A stretch of 64,000 bases of DNA, taken from contig CM119371.1 of the NCBI GenBank assembly GCA_051294905.1, positions 23,810,001 through 23,874,000 of the forward strand. Direction: 5' to 3'. Shown here in pieces: positions 35,642-49,222 of this stretch. The stretch comes from Botryllus schlosseri. Its lineage: Eukaryota. A model generated the notes under the pieces. The model did no database searches and was not told the DNA's origin. It saw only the letters and a program-made list of their open reading frames with translations. Numbering within the stretch: position 1 is the stretch's first letter; each line of letters starts with the position of its first letter. A program made the translations under genes and the position numbers.

Positions 35642-36603
35642 GGGGAGATGTGGTACCGATGGATCAAAAATTGGAAAATGATCGCTGGCCCCGAAATGTT
35701 CAGCCGAAAACAGCAGATCTTTTGCTGGCTCAGCACTTTGATACAAGCTCTACCTATCGCGCACATATACATGAATATCCGTCTTTTCAAAAAATATTTA
35801 TGGACGTTCAAAATTTGTTGCTCGAACGTGTCATCGGTCCCCACCCGGTGGGTCCAATGACACACCACCCGGGGACCTATGACACATATACCCTAAAAAA
35901 CTCAAATGTGACTACTTTTCTTGCTCAGTATTATAATCTAAGCTGCAGCAAGCCAAAGAAGAATGTTTGGTCGCAACTGGCAAAAAATAGAATAAATATT
36001 AACTCAAATGTTGTCATAAAATCACGTTTCGATTTAGGCTCGAACTTATAAATTTGTGGGTACATACATATTGCCCGAAAACCGACAGTGTGACTCCCAA
36101 GTACCTCGTTATAGCGATAAAACATCATATGCAATTATTAGATAAAGATTTTCTGTACGTAGGCATGTTTCATTTGTTTCATGATTAGTATGCTTGATTA
36201 TTTTGCTTGATTTGGCTATTGTATCATCGGTCCCCACCCTACGAATTTTATACATGAATCGAAAAAAAGTCCACTCAAGGAAAGTACTGAAAAAAATAAT
36301 AGGTGCCATTATATAGCGTGATACAAGCCCTACACTTCACAATAAAAATGATTGCTGGTTTGTTCGTGTTGAAGGTTACAAAGAAAAATGTATATGTCGA
36401 TCTAAATTTAGTTTAGACCCCCCAAAACAAAAATCATCTGTCAGAGACCCCATAGCTCGCGCACGTCGAATTTTTTTGTATGTGAGGAAAGATTTTGCCA
36501 GCATGCAATTGTGGTCAAGTTCACGGAGTGCAATCATGGAATTATCGTAGAGAATTTTCAAAGTATTTTCGGTCCCAGTGATCCATCGGTACCACATCTC
36601 CCC
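35642..36603. mobile_element. Tc1/mariner-pogo-type non-autonomous element
   Basis: Perfect 25-bp TIR GGGGAGATGTGGTACCGATGGATCA flanked by TA. Confidence 0.75.
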
Positions 36604-37326
36604 TAAGCGACTCGCTACGTACGAGCTGACTCGTTGACCGCGCAATCCGTGCGCTCATTCGTTCTCGATTAATTAATTTTGTGGATGGCCAGGTATCGCT
36701 GTAATCAGGTGTTTTCGTATTTCGTATTTTCGTATTAGGCTACGTATGGTAGCGGGTGGAATGAGCAAGATAGCTCGACAAGGTGCTTGTCCTACTTCAA
36801 AACGCTTCATCTCTGAATGTTGTCGATGAGAAGAATATTATTCCAATTCGCACGGTTGGTTTTAACCCACGGCCTTCGGCTCGAAATTTGGGCAAGTCAA
36901 TTTTACCTCGACTCAGCACTCAGCAGACAATACCGTAAAATCAAATGAATATCATCATAAACATATTTAATTACGAACAAAACCCTCGAAATGTCTATCC
37001 CTAGTACATGAGTGGCAAACCTGCGGTCGTAAAACGAAATTTGTGCGGCCGTGGACATGAAAATTGAATTTACGAATTGATTCCCGAATTTTTGGGATAT
37101 TTTGCTTAACCTTGAAATTGTCTTTGCGCTAGGCGCGATTCAATGCGACTTCATTTTTCGATTTTAATATAGTCGTAGCACCCTTCGCAATCCGAGCCCC
37201 ACACAAATGCGAACAGCGGAGGAAAATGATGCACTCCAAATGGAAATAACAGTTTGGAATCGTGCACTCCTTACGAAAAAAAAATTGTTTCTGGTACGTT
37301 TGGGATCCAAATCTGAGCAGTACCGT

Positions 37327-40300
37327 ACTTAGTCGGATCTACTTGCGACTACATCTGTGGCTCGAGATTACCTACTATACGAGAAGTAATGAGATACTTT
37401 CTGCATCTGAATGAGCATTGTCCTCAGTCAACCCTACTCATGAACTGTAATGTGGTGGTGGATGATGTAATGACAGTGTGGACAATTGCGACAATTCAGA
37501 AATCACATGTGGTGCGATCACTTCAAAACATTTACGAAAAAATATAGCGTGATCACATGGTATGCCCACCAGACATGGGGTAATCGCGATTAGTAATCGT
37601 AATCGATTACGACGATTACAGCATTTTGAAGTAATCGTAATCGCAATCGATTACATTCGAAAAAAATCCGAAGTAATCGTAATCGTAATCGACTACTTCC
37701 CATATCTAATCGATTTTTTTGTGAAAGAACGATTACTTTTTGTTTGTACAAGGACTATGACATAAACTGAATATTCGTGAACAAGAATGAGATAATATAC
37801 CACGTTAGCGATAGCACAAACGTCTGTTTTCAAACGCCACTACTCATTGTTGCGTCAGAAGTATTAGCTCCGCTCGTCATTGCGTAAGAAGTATCCACAC
37901 ATAGTAAACAGACATGCGATGGACATTGCAGTGTGATTGTAACTAGCGTTGGGACCCCGGGAAATCCCGATCCCGGGATCCCGGGATTTGAAGCAATCCC
38001 GATCCCGGGATTGGTCCCGATGAAATCCCGGGATTTGTGATCAGCATCTACCAAGGCTTATGTAGCGCCATATCTCTTATTTTGGTAATAAAGCAGTGTC
38101 ACAAACTCGGCTGATTGTCTAGAACAGTGGCCTCAAACACGCGGCCCGCCAGAACTGTTTTTGCGGCCCACGTCGGCGTTTTGACTTTTCAAGCATTCTA
38201 CAATATTAAACTCGAAAATTTCAGATTTCGGATTTGAGAACTTGAAATTTCATTCTGAAACCACTCCAAAAACCTGAATCGCTATCACACATCAAACGTC
38301 CACTAGCTGCTAAATTATAATGCGACAGCTTTTACGATGACACGATGCATTTGTCGTCTCGCATGGTTTCTAACTGTCTATATAACTCCTTTCTGTCGCC
38401 AAATTATGCCAAGCACAACAATATTTTTAAAAAATATTGAAAAATATGACTTTTTCGTGGCAACCGTGAATATTACAATATTGTATTACATTTTCACAAT
38501 GTGTATGGAATGCCAATCTGCAAGGTCCGACAAAAAAGGCGTACTGGGAAATACATATTATACCCCTATTTGATGCTGCTGCCCGCCGCGTCATCAAAAA
38601 CTACGAAATTGGCCCGCGATAAAATTGGAGTTTCGGACCCCTGATCTAAACGATGATACTCTTGATGCTCTTATGTTTTGCGTCAATTCAATATCACAAG
38701 GACTAAATGTTATTTGTGTAACTTGTATGTCTATTTTACTACTTTTCTAATCTCGGGGAGTCCCGCGATTGAGGAGCGAAAATCCCGGGAAATCCCGATC
38801 CCGGGATTTCAAATTTGATCCCGAAGTCCCAACCCTACTTGTAATTGAGTCAAATTTGTTTTGCATAGTTTTTGAAGACAGCCCAACAATTGCATGGGGT
38901 TGGCAGAAAAATTTGAAATTTTTTTTTTTTTAATTCAAAATTTTCAAACTCTACGAAACCCGCGAATATTGGTTGGAATGAATTCAAATTTGGTGTGCGT
39001 CGTTTTTTAAGGCAACTTAACGATTTTATAACGTACCCAGCAAGATTCAGGAAAAAGGGTTATTTTTGAACAGCCCTATTGTGTAGCTTGTTAGTGTATT
39101 TCAATACTTTTCCAATCCCGGGAAATCCCGGGATTGAGAAGCGAGAATCCCGGGAAAATCCCGATCCCGGGATTTCAAATTTGATCCCGAAGTCCCAACC
39201 CTAATTGTAACAACGTCCCCGTGGTGTATATCAGGTTATCAATACACTACAGAAGCGCTACCTCGCAACAGGATATTGATCACCCACTCTGCCTATAGTT
39301 TCTAATAGTAACTTATGTATTGATGTTTGGTTGTGCTTAGTTAAACGCAGTTTACCGTTGCTGCGTGGCGAGCAGGAGGCCTACGTACGCACGTGCATCT
39401 GACGAAGATTCGGAATTTTGTACTCGTCGAATAAAACATTGCAGTTTCCACAACGAAGCATTACAAATAAACAGCTGCTGATATATATCATAACCGAGCC
39501 GTGCTTAGCCGTTTCTCGTAACAGCAGCTCGCAGTATATGTAGGCTATTAAGTTGAAGGCAGAAATTTTATGTTCACTGTCTTATTCTCATATAACTACT
39601 TGAAACGGGCATCAATCGTTATTTCACAGTTCGTTACTCAGCATTTGGACCTGGCGCCATTACATCCGCGTGGGTTGTAGCTAGAATCAGAACCAAAACT
39701 GCAATTCGTCCCCCAGTCCAACCGTTGGTCAATTTTCAAAACTGCATTTCGTCAATAATATTGGTACTTGCATTATATTACTATTCATTTATAACCTCTC
39801 TCAGTCCCGAGTGTAAGATTTACCTGTAGATCTGGGGCACGCAATTCATAATTATAGCATCTGGTATGTTGTTATAATTACTTTATTGTATGTTGTTAAT
39901 TCGCGACCTCCAGTCTGTTGTATAATCAAAAGATATTGTACTCGCCCAAACGTAGCAGACTAAAAGAATATCTTTCGTGAGACGCACACACAAATTGTCA
40001 TGGCTTTATTCCTTTGTGGATGCGCCGGGTGGGATTTGCATTGTGGGTCCAGATTGGAAGGACAGGAGTTATTAGTCACGCCCACCCAGCGCGGCTATTG
40101 ACAATGGACGAATACCGTAAGTTTCGGCCAAGGTATTTCTTTGGTATCGCATCCCATGCAGTTGCGTGTTGGCCGAAACTGCACATGCACAAGTCTTTTG
40201 GTTTGATGTGGAATCGTGGCGCTGTAATGACCGGCTCCGAAAGGCCTGTTCCCAATAGCCTATGCATTTTTTCATTGGGGGAAGAGGTATGCATTTCAAA

Positions 40301-42994
40301 CCCAGCTATCTACTGGAGCAGGGGTCACCAACCGTTTTGAAACAAAAAGCTACTTCTTGTGTAGTGTCTACTGATTATTTCGACGACCGACGGGTTACCA
40401 CTTACTCCCACCGTTTATCCGTGTTCAGTTGGATTTCTTCACTTAGAGTTCACCTAGGCCGGGTTTCCGCCCCTTACCAAGAACAGAAAACGCTCACTCG
40501 CCGGGACTCACACCAGCTTCTCCGGGCTCAGTTGCGTTGATGCAGTGCGCGCCGAAGCGGCAATCTCCGCGTCGAGACTCGGGAATATTAACTATTGATT
40601 CCCGCTGAGCCGCTGCGTGGGCGAAGACGAGCAATGCCCCGAGCGACTGCGTTCGTATGTTCCTTGGGGTCGGCCGGCCCATGTTCAACTGCTGCTCATA
40701 TGAAACCAGCTTCAACTTTCGAATCTCTCATTCGGATATTTGCCACAGCGACCGCGGGCGACTCATTTGGTCCGCGTTGGTGTCCCCGTAACCTACTAGA
40801 GACATTTGAATCGCGAAGCTCGAAGAACATATTCAAGAATTAATTAAATTCTCGAAAATACTCTATAATTTAAGTTGGTTTACGAAATACTTTTGAGTCC
40901 CCTTCAAGCACGCTCCCCACCCTATTAAATACTTTGGGGTGCGGCAGGTAAAGACCTGGCAATAATGCAAATCGTTGGGTGCGATAAATCATCCCCTATA
41001 AAGTTGGGCAATTGGTATATTATGACGTAATAAGCAAATGATGCATGATGCATGAAGAGAGTTGATATCTCATTAAACCTTTTCATCGCAATCCTTGCAT
41101 TGTCTTCCAATATATCATTTAAGATTATAGTTCTAAGAAGCAAAACAAATGTATTCGTGAGTAATCGTGATTACTTTTCCAATGTAATCGTAATCGTAAT
41201 CGACTACTTCCTGATTTTGCTGTAATCGTAATCGTAATCGTAATCGCGTGATTCCGAAGTAATCGTAATCGCAATCGATTACATTCATGAAGTAATCACC
41301 CCATGTCTGATGCCCACCTTACAGAGCTTGAACAGTCTTGACATAAAACAGCAATTCAAGACTCTGACTATTCCTATATGTTTTGAAGAACGAGCAGCAA
41401 TGACAGTTGATAACTTAAGCTTCTGCTGACCAGAAACGCTTTCTTCACACGGGATGACTACAGACAATGTGTGACTAATGCTCTTGCATTTCTCGGTACA
41501 GGTGAAGATATACATCATCACAAACTTGGTGCAACACACCATGCAAGATGGATGGGCACAATTCTGTATGCTCGGAAGATGTTCATGTGGGCTTATCAGT
41601 TACATTACAATCTGAAGTGGAACTACTGCATCGCTTCAATTTGTTTTTAGTTCACTTTTATATACCTGCCTCGTATGATTCCAGCATCAGTCGTGATGCA
41701 GCCAGTAATGACTTGAGATTCACCCAGGACATGTTGAGTTAGAGGGAACATGATGAACAAGCTTCCCAAGCTGCTTTACAAAAGCTATCAATTTATGACT
41801 GAATATATCGTGGAGGAAACCGCTGTATATGCTTTGTTTTCGCCGAGTGAAAGCATTGAAACCCGGGAAAAATATGGCAAAGATGCTCCTGCTGGTAGAG
41901 CGAACTTCAAGTTTCAGAAGGGCCCCATCTTCGTTAAGTGAAACTGTACATATCAACAAGGACACTATTTTTGTGCCTTTATTGAGCCACAGCCGTGGTA
42001 CATATTCGATCTTTTTGATTGCTGTGGGGCGTGGCTAACTCAACCGGTTGATGTTTGGAGCTTATCAGATTCCTACACCAGAAAGAGCTCCTACATCAGT
42101 TCGGTCAAAGTCGTTAATGATGCCGCAGAACAAGGTGTAAAGCTAGGCACAGACTATGCTGCAATCTTGACTGACAATGAACAACTAAGAGACAGTCTGC
42201 TTCAAGCTGTGGAACAGCATATGAGGACAGTTGCAGACTGCAAGAAGTCAACTCTAATCAAAAGCCTGTAATCTGCAACTGGTGCCTGACAATGAAACAC
42301 TGATCCTGCAGCGTACTTTTTTAATGTCTTTTGTCAATAGTGCATTTTTCTTTCATGCCATCGTGAATAAAAAGTGTAATATGCGTTCGTTTATTGGTGA
42401 GACGTCGACTAGACATAACAAGTACTACTGAGATGTTGACTATTGGTGGGAAATTTTTGAGTTTCACTCACTGTCACTAAGTTTTGAAAAGGTCGAAGGT
42501 AGTATGATGCATGCATCTAGTTTATTCGTATCTCAGCTAGCTAGAGCACCTGTGCAATACATAGCAACACTGTAATACACATTCTGCAGGTAGATAATAA
42601 CGTAGGAGATTGTGATGTTGTATACTATGGACTCTCGATGACAACATTAACAAAGGAAATATATCGTGCCTGCATGCAATGCCACCAACAGAAACGACTG
42701 CACAACAGCGCTCAGAAATCGGTACCAGCAGTGTTCACAAAGTCGGTCTTTCAGCCAATCAGTAGCTTGTTATTACCGGCTTCAACCAATCAGGGTTATT
42801 GGCTTCTGTTTGCCCGCCCATTTCATCGATGCCCCGCCCACTCACCGACTTCTACTTTCAAACGCATTTAGACAAATCTTACCGGCTTTCCTGCGAGCTT
42901 CTTTTGGGCCCTATATTGTTTTCTAACAATAATCTACAAAATAAGCCACGGATACGCAGTATTCCAAACATTTTCCAAATTTTGAACAACCCTA
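37327..42994 (+). pseudogene. Decayed hATm transposon interrupted by element E copy 2
   Basis: N-terminal GSRLPTIREVMRYFLHL (~37360); after 41318 GATHHARWMG and VVNDAAEQGVKLGTDY...LLQAVEQH; right end TTTGAACAACCCTA at 42994. Confidence 0.8.
37570..41309 (-). mobile_element. 3.74-kb composite hAT element family E, copy 2 (inverted); includes the 28S-derived fragments at 40402-40746 and the F/D-type passengers
   Basis: Reverse complement of 9739-13478 with only a few differences seen; own TSD ATGCCCAC. Confidence 0.93.
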
Positions 42995-43011
42995 GTGTTC
43001 ATGTACATTAA

Positions 43012-44902
43012 TTATGTGCTGACCAACTGCACTCCAAATTTGCTGATTAAGCTCTGGGTTGCCATTCCCACGTCTCGCACAGAAGTAAACCTGGCTGCCC
43101 AATGACTTTTGCCAACGTCCAATGAGCTCACAATCCTTTTTTTAGACAAAGATGAGAGCTCCTTTTTCAACCCTTTGGCAATATGCCACGTATCAAATGT
43201 ATGTCTTGTGTTCGGATGATCTAACCGCAAATATTTCCTAATATGAGGATGTCGGTCTGCGACAAGCTCTTCAACTGTAACACTGGATAATACACTCAAA
43301 CATCGCCTCAAACCTTCTTTCTCCATATACGCACTACCTCCCGTTTCATTTGACTGAACCAACTCGCAGCTCAAAACTTTCCTTGAGGCGGTACCCATTA
43401 GAGTGTAAATCACATACTTTCCGCTATGTCCTGGACTGTCAGCCCTCCCATCACCATATAGTTTCAGTGACTTCCCAACAACCATTGTCAAATCGCACTC
43501 ATTTGCAGTGGTATATACATGATTCACAGCTGGAATCAAATATGCTTGGAAATCGACTGAATACCCATCCAACGAAACATTTTCAGTGCTTTCGAAGGAG
43601 ATGATCCACTGAACATGATAGCACTGCTCATCACAATGTTTCCTTCACTCTTGCCTTCCCTCAAGTACTGAATTTCCAACGTACGGTGATAGTTGCATGA
43701 TTTGTCAGGACACTTTTGATCAATTTTCATCAAGGTGCCATGGCATGCAACTTTGATGTCGGCTTCCATTTGGCACTAAGGGCAGCTTTAAAAAAGATCA
43801 ATGATCTTCTGTTTTTTAACCATCACAAATCCACTGGTGGTCCATTCAATTTCTTCAGTTACATCGCTCATTTCCGATTCCTCGTCACTCTCAGGATCAT
43901 ACTCATAGTCGGTATCACTCAAATTGTATTCACTTTCATTGCTATAATCCCCCACACTGGGGTAATGAATATAGCTACTACCAGCCTGACATGAAAAATC
44001 TTTCATCTTCATTATAGCATTCACACCCTTGATCCTATATGAACTCAGCTTAATTTTATTTGTCTGAGTCACTTTATCTAATAATATTCGGTGATTGGAA
44101 TAGGCATCACCAGCAGAAGTACTCTCGCCATAGATGATTCGATGATATCCATATCACACGGATCAGTTTCCTTGGCATCATGCTTGATGACTAATGCATC
44201 CGTTCTCGCCTCATGAAGCTTTGGCAATGATGTTGTGTCCCTCGATTTATTCAATACTTTATCATGAGTACGCAGAAAGAATAGCATCCTTTTTAGCTGC
44301 ACTTTACTGCATCGAAAACCAGCCTGCCTGTGAAGATCGTTTATAGGCACAAAGCATTCCGGTTCAAAATGGTTGCAGCACAAAACACAACTTAAGAAGG
44401 AGGATGGTTTTTCTGGCGTTCCCAACCATTCTTTCCTCGTTCTCCTAACCGCATCAACCAATGCCTTGTGCCTTATAGGTTCAGACTCCTTCCTGGGGAA
44501 CGCATGCAACGAAACCTTAGGTTCTGTATAAGAGTCATTTGAGCACCCGTAAGCCACACATCGTTTACCGTTTTTTCGTCTCCTCTTCGATAGGCTGCTA
44601 TCTACTCTGTCCATATTCCTCGATACACGCCAAAGTCGCTAATCACTTTACCAGAAATAAGGAACAAGACAACAGATCGCCAAATATATACCACGATGAG
44701 TGAGCAACAGCAATTAAACTGCATACAATCTGACGTCATCACACGCTCGACTGATTTTGTGTCGTTTCAGCGGGGGGTTGCTGTTTTACGCCCGATATCT
44801 TGAAAAATACTCATTTTCTGCCAAAACCATATGTATTTTCAAAATCAGTGGAAATATATCTACCGAATAAAGGAAAGTCGATTTAACCGATGAAGATGTC
44901 CT
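43012..44902 (-). pseudogene. Kolobok transposon, 3'-truncated: THAP domain plus DDE transposase, frameshifted
   Basis: THAP CVAYGCSN...LHAFP...LCCNHF; GDGRADSPGHSGKY, MEKEGL, ADRH...HTFDTWHIAK; 5' end TTAA|AGGACATC at 44906-44895. Confidence 0.85.
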
Positions 44903-46828
44903 TTAACTGCGGAATACCGAATTTTGACGTGATGTGGTTACGACTTTAAGATCATTTGTTAGTGCATTCATCAATGTAGGCTATGTATATTAACGAAACA
45001 TGGAATATGCTCAAACCATCTATTGCTTCTGTCTGCAATATCTGTGACGGAATTTATAATCATTAATGTTCGTCACAGCGGTTGGCATATCAACTGTTCT
45101 GCCAAATACTATAGCTTGTAATAATTTCTGATTAAAATCTGTGATACCCATTTCAGTTATTCTACGAGTTATTTTGCTGCTATGTTTACTCTTTAATTTA
45201 CGATGGAAACTGAAGCCATGGAACGATTGCGATATGCCCAAATATCCGTGTAAGTGTAAGTGTAAGTGAATTGAAAAGAATGCAGCGTTGGCGAAGGGAA
45301 CAGTTTATAAAATATCGTCGGTTAAGCATGGGTTAAACCTGCAGTGACAATGTCCATGATCAGCCGATTATCACGGTAAATATATATGGCTGACAGTACA
45401 TCGCAAGAATATGAGGCCAGTGGAATTACCCAGATATCAGAGACCACGCCAAGCCTACACTTGGGAGAAATCATTCACAAGTGGGCTCTGAATGACGTTA
45501 GCGTGCCACACAGTGAGTTGGCTGCTGATGGTAGCTCCGCGTTGCCTTGATCCAATTCTTACCGCCAAAGCAATGACTTGCTTGATAAACCAGATCTTGT
45601 CTGTATTTCAATTCAAGAACAGGAATCAATGGACTGAAATCAATATGTCGTTTTACGCATTTTATATGGCTGTCTGTCTTAATTTGACCGGTAGTTTGAG
45701 TGTATGCTCGTGGTGGATTTTATTATAACTAACACGATAATGAAAAGATATTGTCACATTGTGATGTCTTGCAACATAAGGTTAATATATCTGCCAGAAA
45801 GCAACAATGATTCAGGTAGCGATAGGGTTACAACGGTTGTAACTTGTAAACTGCAGTAGCGTGAGGGTTAATGAACGACAACAAAAGAGTTACCGAGTTT
45901 CCAGCTGAAGTGCGAAAATTGTATCTTTTAAAGCATCATTTTGACATCGAATACGCATGATACGCCGGGTGATCGCATCGAATTTAGTTGACTGGGGTGT
46001 CATAGATAACAGTGAGTTCCAGCTAACCAAGCATATAGCTCTTTTTGTATCCAAACAAAGAGAATAGAACCAAACTAGAAATAATTTATATCATGTCTTC
46101 AAAACATTCCTTTACATTTTTACACAATATATATAATGCTTAAAACATAGTATATAGGAAGCTGTCGGAAGCTGTAAAAACGGTTTCAAAAGTTAAAAAA
46201 AAACTTGCCCTACTAATCAGCAAGCTGTTGCTGTCATGATCATTGAGGCATAGCCGATTGGTTATTCAAGATCCTAAGTTTTGTGATTACTGGTCTTCTC
46301 GCCGTTCTATGGTCGCTGGCACGCCCACTCTTCGGCTGCTACTTTCAAGCGCTTTGTCCGAAATAGTAACAACTTTCCTGTGACCTTCTTTCAGGCCTCT
46401 TGTTTTTTGATCAATACTCTATAGCAGGTTTGTACTGACTCGAGTCATCACTATTTATTCTACGTCAATGAATGTAATTTAACTGCCTGCTGCCTTTTCA
46501 TAGAATCGGTTGGGACATACTTTTGTCAAATGTGGCATAAGACTTGAACAGCAAGAATGTACAAATAAATGCAAGACTTGAGAATATGTGTGAACATAAA
46601 ATCTATTTACATGCGTTTTGTGCAAAACATGACATCTTTGTTATCTAATACACAGCCAATAAACGACCGAAAAAATAAAGGCAAACCGTTTTTTTCATTG
46701 TCTTGTCGTTGGATGATTTGTATCAGTCAAACGAACTTTCAGTTGATAACGAGATGAATTTCAAACATTGTATAGAGCGATCAGATAGTTTCGAGTATTG
46801 GCAACTGAGAGGGTGTATTATCATTCAG

Positions 46829-46996
46829 CTTTCCGACTTGTCAATATGGGATGGATCGATGGCGCCAGATGTCTACTGCAACGTTACAGAAATCATCAAT
46901 ATTACAGGATGTTCGACAGTCTTTTTGGGAGACTGCTATTTGACGAAGCAGAAACTGGAATGTTTTGCATCAGCCGGCAACAAAAATAAAATATCA
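46829..46996 (+). CDS. 168-nt phase-0 LRR exon (type A) of an NLR-type gene
   Basis: TCATTCAG| LSDLSIWDGSMAPDVYCNVTEIINITGCSTVFLGDCYLTKQKLECFASAGNKNKIS |GTGAGT. Confidence 0.85.
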
Positions 46997-47236
46997 GTGA
47001 GTTGCAGGATTTGATTACATGCTGTTGAGATAGAGTAATGTTTCACGAAATTATGGCAAGAATATGTGGCGTAGATGGAATAAACTGACTGCGTCGGAAA
47101 CATTGTAGATTTAGTTTGTACTATTCGTATATAAGCAATCACGTATCGCTGTTTCAACTGTCAATTGATAATTTCAATTTTCCGACCTTTCGAATAAACA
47201 AGGAATTAAATTCCCCGCTAGACAGTACGTGTAGAG

Positions 47237-49012
47237 CAGTGGTCGGGAACCTTTTTCGTCTGAAGAACCATGTCAGCCTTATATTTTCCATTTCAACTCC
47301 CAAAGAGCCATACATGTCAATCAATTGTTACGTCACAATTGAAAATTGATTCGAACTCACTACATTGGATTCGTCGTGGGCGCCATATTTTCTCTGTAAA
47401 AACTCGTAGGCTACTAATCATCCTGTGATAGCACAATTCATCGTGAATAGCTCAGAATCTATAATAACTGATATTAATCTAATATCACTATAGCACCGAT
47501 TCCGAAAATAAATATTAATCGACTTCTCAATTTGGCGGTAACATAATCGTTGCACTACACTCCTGCATTTTAACGGCAGTACTAGAAATAAGCTACTTAT
47601 CAATTTGGACGTGGATAGCGAAGCGTTGTTTGTAATTTGAATTTGTAATTGGAATGTCACTTCCAAGGCACTTAGTTCATTTCTCGGCGTAGATCAGGAA
47701 GACAATGTGTATTTGAAAACTAGATTGCAGTGTTGGGATCAAGTCACTGCCTTCGAGTCTCGAGTCATCTCGAGTCATTGCACATTTCGACTCGAGTCAA
47801 GTCAAGTCCATCGATTTTCAAAAGTGACTCGAGTCAAGTCAAGTCAAGTCACGAGTCAAGTTACGATTCAAGTCAAATTGAATTTTCGAAGTATGAGTGA
47901 TGACTGATGATGCAAAGTCATTGTATTTTGCTAACTGGGTGAAGGACAGATTATTTGGCCATTCATCTTGAATCAAATAACGATTATAAAGGTAAATATA
48001 CATGCAAAAAGGTGCTGTATCGCTCACGCACACGAAGAATTGCTAATAAAATACTTGAGTAACTGTATAGCTATATGCTACAGTTTGTTATTATCAGCCA
48101 ATACAGAGGATCGAATACGAAGCCTCGAGATGTTGAACAAATTGATGTGGTACAATAGACTACCCATCGATACACGTGAGAATATAAACGCATAAACTAT
48201 TTTATGTTCTTTCGATTTAAATCATACAAGAGTGTTGGTAAAGGTGAGCACTGCGCGATGTGAGCAATCAGCACTCTAAGAAACAAAGATGCGTTTCTAT
48301 GAGAATAATCTATTGCTACTACGACTACGTAAGGTAGGCTGTGATCGTTTCGTTGGCAGTCAATTTATTTGTGATATAACAATGGAGGATCAGTGAAACA
48401 TACAATCAGTGAATGACTGGTAGCTCTCACAAGTGACACCGGCGTATCGCGAACAACCCGAAAATACATAAGATAGGATTTATTCGACACCGTTTACTCA
48501 ATGACATGAAATTGACTCGTAAATTTTGCTCCGAGTCACGAGTCAATCCACATTTCTGAAGCGCCGAGTCAAGTCAAGTCATTTTTGCAAAGTTAATCGA
48601 GTCAAGTCAAGTCATACGAAAAAGTTGACTCGTGACTGACTCGAGTCATCCCAACACTGCTAGATTCTCATATAGGTGTCCCCCATTCTCTTGATCAACC
48701 AACGTATGGTGCAATCCAAAATTACGCAGCGCGCAATTCGCGAGGGATATTGGTCGCTGGCGCTACAGCAACTTAAATTTGAGGATTTTGTAAAGGGGTC
48801 CGAGCCCTTAACCCTGGATACGTCACTGGCTTGACCTCTCAAATACTTGTTTATGCTGCCACGAGAATAAATATTCTGACCGTTAAGAAAATTTATAACA
48901 AGTTGCTGCAATATCGATAAATTAAGTACAAAATTAAAAATATGTCAAAGAGCCATATCTTATACCCCAAAGAGTCATATATGGCTCGCGAGCCATAGGT
49001 TCCCGGCCACTG
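47237..49012. mobile_element. hAT element family B, copy 2 (inverted, intronic)
   Basis: TIRs CAGTGGTCGGGAACC / GGTTCCCGGCCACTG; TSD GTGTAGAG. Confidence 0.88.
47728..48659 (-). mobile_element. hAT MITE family H, copy 3
   Basis: TIR CAGTGTTGGGAT; TSD CTAGATTG/CTAGATTC. Confidence 0.87.
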
Positions 49013-49054
49013 GTGTAGAGCATTCTGTCATTGTAATTATCTCTTATTTTATAG

Positions 49055-49222
49055 CTATCTCGTCTGAAAATAGCTGATGCCAAAATGACAGCACGCTGTT
49101 ATCGCGAAATCGCATTTACACTCAACGCAATCGGCTGTAAAGAGATACAATTCGGATACTGCGGTTTGACGAGAAAGAAGCTTACTGAATTCATCTCTGG
49201 ATGTGAAGATAACGAGCTATCT
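49055..49222 (+). CDS. 168-nt phase-0 LRR exon (type B)
   Basis: TTATTTTATAG| LSRLKIADAKMTARCYREIAFTLNAIGCKEIQFGYCGLTRKKLTEFISGCEDNELS |GTAAGT. Confidence 0.85.

Noticed and set aside
35608..36051. 147-aa ORF as a gene
   Set aside because: Crosses the TIR of a non-autonomous element and has no recognisable domain
37570..41309. Assembly artefact or segmental inverted duplication
   Set aside because: Boundaries coincide exactly with TIRs and each copy has its own 8-bp TSD
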